Source: Lytechinus pictus
Taxonomy: Eukaryota
NCBI RefSeq assembly: GCF_037042905.1
Contig: NC_087252.1
Location: 17,114,001 to 17,178,000 of the forward strand
Reading direction: 5' to 3'
DNA: 64,000 bases
Every line of letters begins with the position of its first letter. Within the stretch, counting starts at the first letter, position 1. Below the pieces are notes generated by a model. The model saw only the letters and a program-made list of their open reading frames with translations. It did not search any database and was not told the DNA's origin. Positions 53,603 to 64,000 of the stretch are shown here, piece by piece. The position numbers were made by a program, and so were the translations under genes.

Positions 53603-54372
53603 GGGGTCTTCCCACGATGCCGAGGGTCCACAAGGCCGATGGTCAACGAGGCCGAGGCTTCACGAGGCCGAGAGTCCACTAGGAAGAGGGTCCACGAGGT
53701 CGATTTTGTCTCAAATCGTATATTCTTTTATCAAGATGTTATGTCGCATCTAATAGCGAAGGCAACATCGTGTTGAATAAGCTGCGGCCGTGCTATGAAG
53801 ACTTTAAATTAAAATTCAATTAGTTTTTAATGACAAATTCAGATCTAAACATTCGGATTGTATTTAAGTCTTTTAGATTTCTTTCTTATATCAAATAATT
53901 AAGATTGAAATCTTGAAATTATGATCAAAATCTAGAATTTGGCAGTTCAAAGGTCATTTTTATGTTAAGCTCCAGATTTTTCTTCAAAATTGGTATATTT
54001 GACTCTCTCAACTATGTTTGCTGTTGTGAAAGGGAATAAAAATCTACATTGCAAGAAGAAAACATAAAAGAGAAATAATTAAAAGAAAAGGTAAAGTGTC
54101 AATTTTCTACAAAGAATATACTGCTGAAAATGATTCAACGGACACATTTTGAAAGATGGGTAAATGGGATGACTCGAGTATAAATCATGTTGTCCCGATT
54201 TCCCAAACCTTCACCAAATTAATGTCCGTTATCATCCGCAACTGACATGATTATATTTCATATTTGGAGAAAATGCTAAGCGGAACTTTTCTTCTGACGT
54301 AGGCAGAAAATGAAAGAAAGTAAACTATGAGAAAAAGCGGCCTCTTGGACTCTCGGCCTCGTGGAACCGCCC
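53603..54372. mobile_element. Element with 15-bp subterminal tandem repeats and a 9-bp TSD (MuDR/foldback-like)
   Basis: (ccacgaggccgagagt)-like repeats on the left and inverted copies on the right. aaaaatatt at 53594-53602 and 54373-54381. Confidence 0.75.
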
Positions 54373-54729
54373 AAAAATATTTTTGTAAAATTCTTCTTAA
54401 TTTCCTTTAAAATTTATTGAAAAGCACATTGAACACTCTATTAAAAGAAGTAATATAAGTCCATACATTACCAAATGCAGAGAGGTATCTGAATTTTATA
54501 CAGAAAACTCACATCTCCACAAAATGACATGGGGATATCTACGTTATGTTTGTTTCATGATAATATCATGGAGCTCTGTTAATAGCTCTATGATAATACT
54601 TTCTCATTGTTTTCCATATATTACTTTTCTTTTAGAAATGAAGTCGTTTGACTATGGTTTCACTCTCGGACTGCCAGGCAGTAGTTCGTTAGAAAAATTA
54701 TCGTAAGAGTTAGTAATAATCACTTAGTA

Positions 54730-55033
54730 CTAATCAGTTATTAAGTAATAACAATAATAATTTTACCTCGGTCTGTTTCTGTTTGTTCTGTTTGTGGTAA
54801 CTCCCGTAGGAACTCGGCAGGACAGCATTTTTTGCTGGTAAACGCCAAGCTGGTATATAACCAATTACCTTGGAAACATTTTACGTCTAGGTTAATCAGT
54901 CATAATGGCTGACATAATAGACGACATATATCACTCTTGGGCCTTTTTATCAAAGTGGAGCCAATGGCAGAGTTGGGATTCGAACTCACAACCTTGCGAT
55001 TATGAGTCCAATGCTCTAACCACTGGACCACAC
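54730..55033 (-). mobile_element. tRNA-derived SINE
   Basis: The minus strand has A-box gtggtccagtggttag and B-box agttcgaatcc. Confidence 0.7.
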
Positions 55034-55602
55034 GTATGTAAAGTCATTCATCAAAATTATAATAAAGCATCATTGTTGTTACCTTTTTTTCCCCCGGAGT
55101 TTTTTCTCTGGGCCCAGGAAGACGGTGACGTGACGCAATGTAAAAAAAAAACCCTGTATATTGGTTTGATCAAGTAATGTTTGATCAGGGAATTCCCTGG
55201 TTAGATCATGGACAAAGGGTTCTTGGCTTGTAAGTTGTAGTACTGATGTAGGCCTGATTTATGTTATTGATGGTGTATTGCAGGCCATATCAGTACATTG
55301 GCATTGATCCATGTAATTATAACGTAATCATCCTTTTTGTTTGCTTATCTTTTATAACTATATCACCTGCTAAGTATTGTGCAATATAAAAGTACAGTTA
55401 TTATTAACACGTTTGTTTCATGTAAACTCGGTGGTCATGTTCAATCGCATGTAGGCCTACCGAACCTGATGGCAATCCACACTTGCAAGGCCTATTGTTT
55501 TCCGTTTACCCAGTATACATAAAACGGTTTGAACAGGGAGATGGTATGAGCTGATATAATTTGCTGAGCAGTGCATGGTTTGGATGATGGCTATTGTTCT
55601 TG

Positions 55603-56101
55603 AAGGGGAAGTTCACCCTGACACAAGGTTATTGTCAAAATAGCAGAAAAATTGTAAATAAAAATATTGCCGAAGGTTTGAGGGAAATCCATCAAAGAAT
55701 GAAAAAGTTATTAGAATTTTAAATATTTGATTTGTGACGTCATATGCGACCGGCTTTCCGACATATCGTTTGGTTAAAAATCAATAAAATGTCATTTTTC
55801 TCAGAAAATTAGATATGGTATTTATTGTACCTTTAGTACATCAATATAGAAATGATTCCACACCCGTTCCTAAAAAGAAAAAAGTGGAATTTTATCACGA
55901 ATTATTATGAGAATGAAATTTATGTATTTGATAAATTATTACATAAAAACATATGGAGCAGCTGCTCCTAGTATGATGACATGTCACCCCAAAATAAATA
56001 AATAGAATTGTAATAACATTCCTTAATCTTCAAATTCATGGATTTTCCTCAAACCTGCCCTTTCTTTCAAACTTTACTTCTTTTCAGTGTGAACTTCCCT
56101 T
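55603..56101. mobile_element. Kolobok-like MITE (aggggaagttcaccctg family)
   Basis: TIRs aggggaagttcaccctga / cagtgtgaacttccct. Second copy at 61356-61840. Confidence 0.75.
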
Positions 56102-59100
56102 GGATTGGTTCTTCGTCGATCACTAATTAATTGCCTTTTTATAGCGATGTGAGTGCAACACACTGTTTCATTTTTTTTGGGTACCACCAAGTCCCGTAAA
56201 GTAGTAGGATAATTAATGTCATCATTACCAACTATTCGACTATCATGTTCGCAGCTCCGCGAAAAAGAAAAATAAATAAATGGGGAGGTTAGAAAAGTGG
56301 TGAAATATGATATTACTTTTGAAGATTAATTTTGTTATCTAACACAAAATTAGATTTTCAATTTAAAAGTCTCAAAATTGTTGCACGCTCACAAATCTTT
56401 TCAGAAATTTCATCCACATATATATGCTCTGTCTCCTCAGAATATTTGTAGACCATTCTTATTATCGTTGCTTGATGTTCGTATTTTTTATTATTATTAT
56501 TGTGTGTGTGTGTGTGTTAGGTTTCTTCATTTATCATGTTTATGTGTTTGTGAATGTCAGCCAAGCGTTATAGGTAGCCCAAGAATTCCCAGTTATAACA
56601 AATCCCCGTGATACTGCAGCTGTGTATATTAAATCTAACTAAGCACGTGATCTGAAAACAGATGATGGTGATTGAAAAACATAATGTTGACCACCCACCT
56701 CGAATGATATGGTCTGCCGACGGTCAGATAGCGCCGTGGTCAAATATCGGAGCCCTAACTCTTTGTGCAGATTATTTAGGCCTGCCGTCATTTCATACGT
56801 TTCGGTTTTTTTCCGCGGTTTTCTTCCCAGACGTTATAATAAAAGATACCATTGTTTATGATATACACTTTATAATTATCATATATGATAGTTTGTGTTT
56901 TTACTTTCTTCTCGGACCTGGGCTCGGACCCCCATGCATACCACCTGGCCGACATCAATGCTCAATCTTAAAGTGATTGGTTAACATTGTTTGACTTTTA
57001 AAAAATCTGAGCTAGAAGGTCACACTTGTCACCTGTGTCTGTGATATGTTACAAAAATGAAGCCCAGAAAATATTGCGTTCAAAAATAATTATTTAGTGC
57101 TTCAAAAATTGAAATATAAAGTGACCGAAAACACCATCTTAATTTAATCCCATACACTTATGTGTACTATTGAGGCGTCTATAAGACGCCTTTTTACAAA
57201 ATCGGGGTATGCCTTGTAGTTTTAGCTTTTCATTCTCAATAATGGTTGTTTTCAGGGTTTATTAGTTGTAATACATGCACTTGTACACATGTTTCATCTT
57301 GGTTTGATAATTTTTTAAATCGGCTGCTCACAAAGTTAAACAATACCTTTAAGGCCATATTTCTTGTTAATTTGATCTGCGTCGGCTTCCATACTTTATT
57401 TTATTTTCTTGTATTTTCGAGCTGGGGAAAACACCTTTCCATAAATTTGATACTAGAATTGAGAAAGAAAAAACGAATGCTTTGGATAAGAGGGAGTTGG
57501 ATTGACTTTGAAAAGAACTTTGAACTTACCCATTGTTATTCGGAATGATATTTATCGAAGGACAGCGGATGTCATATCAACAACAATGGCCTACATAGAT
57601 CGGGGAATTGTTAACTCCCTGCATAGATTGTTATCATATCAGTATTTTATCAAAATAGGGAAATTGGAAGGATACACAAACGTTACCATTTGAGCCCCCC
57701 CCCCTTCCCGCGCCTATTTCGGAGATTGATTAGGCCCACCGCACACCCTGGCCCACGATCCGATTTTGGAACAAATCGCATTTCGCTCAATTTTTTTTAA
57801 CATGTGAATGAAAAGTACCTTCATTATAAAGGTATCAACATAATGATAAATGGTATGATGATGTAAATGAAATATCATTATTCATTTGCCTTTGAAGAAA
57901 AAAACAAATGGAATCCCGGTTTTCTTTTTATTTTCTGGGACACACTGTACATGTCCTAAAAAGAGTATTTTGTTCCCAAAAAATGTGATGTTTGCGTGGT
58001 GGGCCAAGGCATTTTGTTTAGATTGGATAATTCAGGATTCGAGGTATTCGTTGCTGTGAAGTAAAATTCAATTGGTAAGTTTACAAAAGGTATCGACAGT
58101 GACTCCATGATCAAACCACGGCATCCCTAGCAATTCCTAGTGTGCAGGCAGAGACCCTGATTGAAACTTATCCATCCACAAGTGGGTCTTCACACAAAGA
58201 CTAGCACTGACCAGAAATTAAGCCTTCAGTACACAAGTCATTGTGAGCTCTGCATTCAGACCCCATAAATCGAGGGTTTGCACAGCGCACTAAACAATTC
58301 CCCGATCAAACCGTTTAAGAGTGATGTTGGGAGGTCTTCTACAAGACATCAATCCAGGCATGATCCAGGTAAGAAGAGAGATGTTTTGAAAAGACCTGAG
58401 AGGGTCAAGTAAATCTTCGTTACCTGTACGGCGGAGGCCAGCCCACCCACCACGCATTGCGGAAATTAAAGGGGGAAACTCATCCTACCGTTTGCTATAA
58501 AATAGAAAGGAATGATTGAAAGATATTACATTTCTAGGGCGTAATTATTATCTGGTAAGGCCTTGCTTAAAAGTATACATACCACCTGTAAATATTAGTG
58601 ATACAAAGAAAACGAAACTTAGTTTGAGATGAAAAAGTAGACCTTCTTATTCAGCTGTATGTATACGCCTACCTTGTTTGGAACATCAATATCGGAGTAT
58701 GAAATGGGTAGTTATCATTTCAGCCGGCCTATGTCACAATACTTTACTCATTATTACTGTTCACAATGTTGCATTGTGGGTTAGGAGCCTGGCCAGATTT
58801 TAGTGGAGGACCTTAGATTGCGCTCAACATGTTTTTGGTATATTGGTATATCACATAGGTCCTACATGTACGCCTACAGCATGCAAGGCCCAGTGAAGCG
58901 CTGATTTTTCCGGGTATGCTGAGATACAGCATAGAATGCAGCACCCCATGAAAGCAGTTTGGTATGCCAAAATCCCACTCAAATTGATTTCTGAACGAAA
59001 AAACTACTTTTTACCATCATGGGGGGGGGGGGTAAAACCTTGTTTTTTTTGTTGTTTAAATTCAAATTTTTGCTTTTACCCCCCATCCGAGGAAAAAAAA

Positions 59101-59543
59101 TCAGCACCACCTGTTCAAAACTGTTTCCAGGCCCCTGTATGTGTATAGATTTCGTAAGATACATAATGATGGAGCGTGTTAACAGAGGCCCTCTCTGTGA
59201 ATTGCACAAATCTCAGAAAGGAAGAGTCTGCTGCCAAACTTCGTCAAAATTAAAATCCCATTTCGACGAAACTTGCGCCTCTCTCCACTTGTTTACCCTT
59301 TCTCCGTTTATCCAACGCCAGTTTGCATGGGCTTGTGTTCTGGTCGAAGTACGATTGACCCAGAGGCTTTAGACCTGGCTTTCACATGAGGCTTGAAGTC
59401 GAGGGTTACAGGTTCGCGCTAACTAGACCCACATGTATGTGATTAGTAGCCTTCCCCACTGTGATGATTGACTTAGATCCTCTCTCACAACTGTGCGATT
59501 TGCGATTGGATCTACCCCATATGTTTTGTTGTTTATTCTTTAA

Positions 59544-60768
59544 AGGACAAGTCCACCTCAATAAAAGTTGATTTGAATGAAAACGGAGAAAAATCCGACA
59601 AGCATAACACTGGAAATTTCATCAAATTCGGATGTAAAATAAAGTTATGACATTTTAAAATTTCGCTTATTAAAGGTCAAGTCCACCCAAGAAAAATGTT
59701 GACTTTATAAATAGAGAAAAATCAAACTAGCATAACGCTGAAAATTTCATCAAAATCAGATGTAAAATAAGAGAGTTATGACATTTTAAATTTTTGCTTA
59801 TTTTTCACAAAACAGTGATATGCACAACTCAGTGACATGCAAATGAGATGGTCAATGATGTTCCTCACTCACTATTTCTTTTTGTTTTATATTGTTTGAA
59901 TTATACAATATTTAATTTTTTACAGATTTGAAAAATATGGATCAATTTGACTGAACCATAATAGTATTAAACAATGCTAATTCCACATGCTCATGGAGGA
60001 ATTAATCATTGTTTCACATGACAATGAGGAGAAAATTATAATATTTCATATTACATATAATAAAATCCAAAAGAAATAGTGAGTGGATGATGTCATCAGT
60101 CTCCTTATTTGCATACCGACCAGGATGTGCATATAACTGTTTTGTGAAATTAAACGAAACTTTAAAATGTCATAACTTTCTTATTTTACATCCGATTTTG
60201 ATGAAATTTTCAGTGTTATGTTTGTTGGATTTTTCTCTTTTTATTCAAATAAACTGTTTGTTGGGGTGGACTTGTCCTTTAATATCACATAACAGTTTGC
60301 ACATCCTGGTTGGTATGCAAATAAAGGGGAATGATGACGTCATCCACTCACTATATCTTTTATATTCTATTATATGAAATATGAAATATTCTGATTTTCT
60401 CCACCTTGTCATGTGAAATCGTGTTTTATTCCTCTCTGAACATGTGGAGTTAACATTGTTTAACAATAAGTTTAGTCAAGTTTTACATTATTGTCAATTT
60501 TGTAAAAATATTGTAAATTAAAAAATATTGTTCAATTCAAACAAAAAACGAAAGAAGCAGTGAGTGATGGACACCATTAACTCTCTAATTTACATTTCAC
60601 TGAGTTGTGCATTATATATAAATATATATTTTTTTGGGGGGAGGAATAAGCAAAATTTCAGAATGTCATAACCTTTTTATTTTACATCCGATTCGGGTGA
60701 AATTTTCAGCGTAATGCTTGTTAGATTTTTGTATTCAAATCAACATTCGTCTGGGGTGGACTTGACCT
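59544..60768. mobile_element. Kolobok-like MITE containing a same-family copy (59674-60278)
   Basis: Inner TTAA|aggtcaagtccacc ... ggtggacttgtcct|TTAA inside outer aggacaagtccacc ... ggtggacttgacct. Confidence 0.82.
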
Positions 60769-60917
60769 ATAAAGCTGAATGGAACCCTTGAAACAAGTAA
60801 GCTTAGAAATGAAGGCACCAAAAAGAATTCAGAGAATAAGATTAACGAATGTCTGAGAACAATTGGACAAACAATAACGTTTGTGTTACGAGCCTCTTAT
60901 CTTATGCATGTTATGAG

Positions 60918-61322
60918 GGTTTATTTCGAATTCGTCCAATGCCAATTCGTCCAATTGCCAACTCGTCTACTATCATTTGGTCTACATCAGTTCGTCCACT
61001 GACCACATGGTCTACTTTCATATAGTATAATGCAAATAGCCAGTTCGTCCAATAACCATTTAGTCAATAAACCATTTGGTCTCATATAAACGAAGTGTTA
61101 GTTGTACAATACGAATGAAAATAAAATCTGTATTAGACCAACTGGTTATTAGACGAAATGGTAATAGACGAACTGGTGATTAGACAAAGTGTTGATTGGA
61201 CCAAATGGTTATTGGACCAAATGGCTGTTAGACGAACTGTTGATGGACGGAATGGTAGACTAAACGAAGGTAGACCATGTAGTGGGTGGACGAGTTGGCA
61301 ATGGACGAATTGGCAATTTACC
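60918..61322. mobile_element. Foldback-like element of ~15-bp repeats, 8-bp TSD
   Basis: The left arm (aattcgtcca..) is inverted to the right arm (tggacgaatt..). GTTATGAG at 60910-60917 and 61323-61330. Confidence 0.82.
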
Positions 61323-61355
61323 GTTATGAGACGTGGATCCAGAGTCAGACTTTAA

Positions 61356-61840
61356 AGGGGAAGCGGACCCTGACAAAAAGTTTATGGTAAAAATAGCAGA
61401 AAAATAATATAAAAATATTGCCGAAGGTTTGAGAAAAATCAAACGAAGAATTAAAAAGTTTAATCATTTGATTTGTGACGTATATGCGAGCGGCATTCCT
61501 ACATGTACAGAGCGTATGGTAAAAATTAATGAAATGTCATTTTCTCAGAAAATTAAATTGTTTTTATTGTACCTTTTGTATATCATTAGACAAATCATTT
61601 CACAACCGATCATGAACAGAAAACAAAAATAAATCATCAGGAACCATTAAAAAAAATGAAATTCATGCATTTTCTATTACATAACATGTGGGGCAGCTGC
61701 TCGTCTATGACGTCATTAATCCAAAACTTAAAATTCTAATAACTTTCTTAATCCTTAACGGATTTTCCTCAAACCTTCGCCGTAATATTTTTTTTTCCTG
61801 CTATTTTACAACAAACTTTTCTTCAGGGTGAACTTCCCCT
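61356..61840. mobile_element. Kolobok-like MITE
   Basis: TTAA|aggggaagcggaccctga ... tcagggtgaacttcccct|TTAA. Confidence 0.8.
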
Positions 61841-64000
61841 TTAACGGGGGTGGATCTGCCTGAAAAAGTTTGACAGGCAAATGAAGGTCAGGACTTCAAA
61901 ATGGTGGTCATTTCGTACCGCCCAAAAAACAATTACAAGAGAAAAATGTATATTTAAAAAAGTACATATATAAAAACAATAATCACGGGTGCGCAATCAA
62001 TGCATTCTTTCATTTTATGTAATATCATTTGTTTCAATTTCCAACGATTGCAATGTAATGTTTGATTTCGTATATCGTGGTTTAATTAAAGCAATAAATT
62101 TCTACGTATAAATAATATATAATAAGGTTTATCATGCAATCAAGTTGGGAATGGAGGAGGCTTCTGTTTATTGAAATAAATAGAGAAATATCTAACTAGC
62201 ATAACACTGAAAATTTCATCAAAGTCGGATGTAAAAAAAAAAGGTATGACAATTTAATGTTTCGCTTATTTTTCACAAAACAATGATATGCACAACTCAG
62301 TGACATGCAAATGAGACAGTCGATGATGTCCCTCACTCACTATTTATTTTGTTTTTTATTGTTTGAATTAAACATTATTATATTTCATATTTCATATAAT
62401 AAAATACAAAAGAAATCGTAGGTGACGTCATCAGTTTCCTCATTTGCATACCGACCAGGATGTGCATTTATTTTGTGAAATTATGCGAAACTTCAAAATG
62501 TCGTATAACTTTCTTATTTTACATCCGATTTTGATGAAATTTTCAGTGTTTTGCTTGTTGGTGTTTTCTCTTTTTATTCAAAGCAACTTTTTATTTGGAT
62601 GGACTTGTCCTTTAAAGGAAAGCACAAGTCCATGATGCAGTAGGCCTAGGTTTTCAAATTTTACAGGGTGCGTCCAAACATTTCCCCCATCCGTGCGTAC
62701 TTTGGGTCACAAAATGAGATATTTTCGTTCACTATCACAACACTAGTTTAACTTTTACTTTTAAATTAAGTTGAAAACAAAGATGTTGCTTAGATATATT
62801 CGCCGACACATTGGGATTAATCTTTGTGAAGAACTCATGTACTGACGCCAAATGAAAAAAAGAAAAAGATAAATAGGCAGAGTAGTTCTTTCTTCTGCTT
62901 TTTTCTCATTTATTAATGGTCAAGTCCACCGAAGAAAAATGTTGATCGGAATCGAAAGAGAAATATGAGATAAGTATAGGCCTGCATATATTTGCTTCCC
63001 TCCCACCATGGACCTACTTATGACGAGGGAGACCTATTATTCTATTGCCTTCTGACGTTAATGTTTCTAAAATTTAGCCAGTTAACACTTTTCTCAATGT
63101 CTTTTCTTCGTTTTTTCTTCTTCTTTTTGCAGTTGTTACTGGGCAACCTCCCCTGCAAAATTCAACATCGGTCATCATTGGTGAGCACTAATCGTTATTT
63201 CATCCTGATTCTTAAATCAGTAGACATTGCATCAGTCTAATTAATTTATATTAAAGTATTATTTTAGACAAAAACACAAAAAACATGCTATATTTCGACT
63301 CAATCTAAAAAGAATTCTGGGGTCGCAAGCAATTTGACTCTTGTCAATTTAACTTAATTGGTTTCAAAATTTGGATTTAGTTTCGACCCAGTCCAAGACC
63401 GAACGCCCTTATCGAGTCGTTTGTCTTTCCCCCATTTTTATGCACCCGTGGCACATGCTGATTAGTTTTTGCATCAATGTTCTACTTAAATAATTTTATA
63501 TTAATTTACGTACATATTTAAGTAATGTTATGGCGAATACATCGAAGGAATATGACTCGCCCACCCCCCCCAAAAAAAGCTAATTATTACAACATAAAAA
63601 AAAAGAGACAGATTATAGACGTGGTCTTAAACACGGTGGAGCTACAGGCAGGTCAGGCGTCTAACGACAGAACGTTATGGAATAGTGATAATAGTAGCAG
63701 TATAAAGGTGAATGATTAGCACATTTCATATCTTTTTATATCATTTTCTTCACTTCTGTTTAAGCATGCATTCAATTCATATTTTTGAAAATGTTTAATT
63801 CCTTTATTTTAGGGGAAAAATCTGAGTTTAAATGAATTTTGTTTGTTTTGAGATTACCTATTCGGTACTGTAATAAACCAATGAAATATAATTCTAATGT
63901 AAATTCACCTTATGACGTCATAATGTCTTCTTGATCTAGGCGGTCAGAGTGCGTGTGAACCGCTCACCCTGCCGATGTGCGTCTCGAATGGTGTCCAGTA

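Noticed and set aside
58022..58074. Exon-like segment with good AG and GTAAGT sites
   Set aside because: Stop codons occur in all three frames. The adjacent 58080-58430 sequence has no sustained ORF I could assign.

Overview
AT-rich, repeat-dense animal genomic DNA. The repeat landscape and domain content suggest an echinoderm such as a sea urchin, but that is inference. The + strand carries 18 phase-compatible exons (458-42258, about 907 codons) of a large extracellular mosaic protein whose 5' end lies outside the window. Its order is CUB-CUB-linker-Ig-CUB-CUB-linker-CUB-linker-CUB-LDLa-LDLa. All six CUB-like domains lack the canonical cysteines and share a different two-Cys pattern. The gene has three 27-33 nt micro-exons, a probable GC donor and a recently duplicated LDLa exon, and no convincing terminal exon. 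A promoter-like region and a phase-1 signal-peptide exon follow at about 50130-50461. The introns hold a 53-bp satellite, a near-intact CR1-group LINE ORF2, two long-TIR elements with nested cargo, a Penelope-type inverted fragment with a minimal hammerhead motif, many MITEs (some only 26-28 bp), SINEs and microsatellites. Exon calls come from manual translation and splice-site reading, without transcript or database support.
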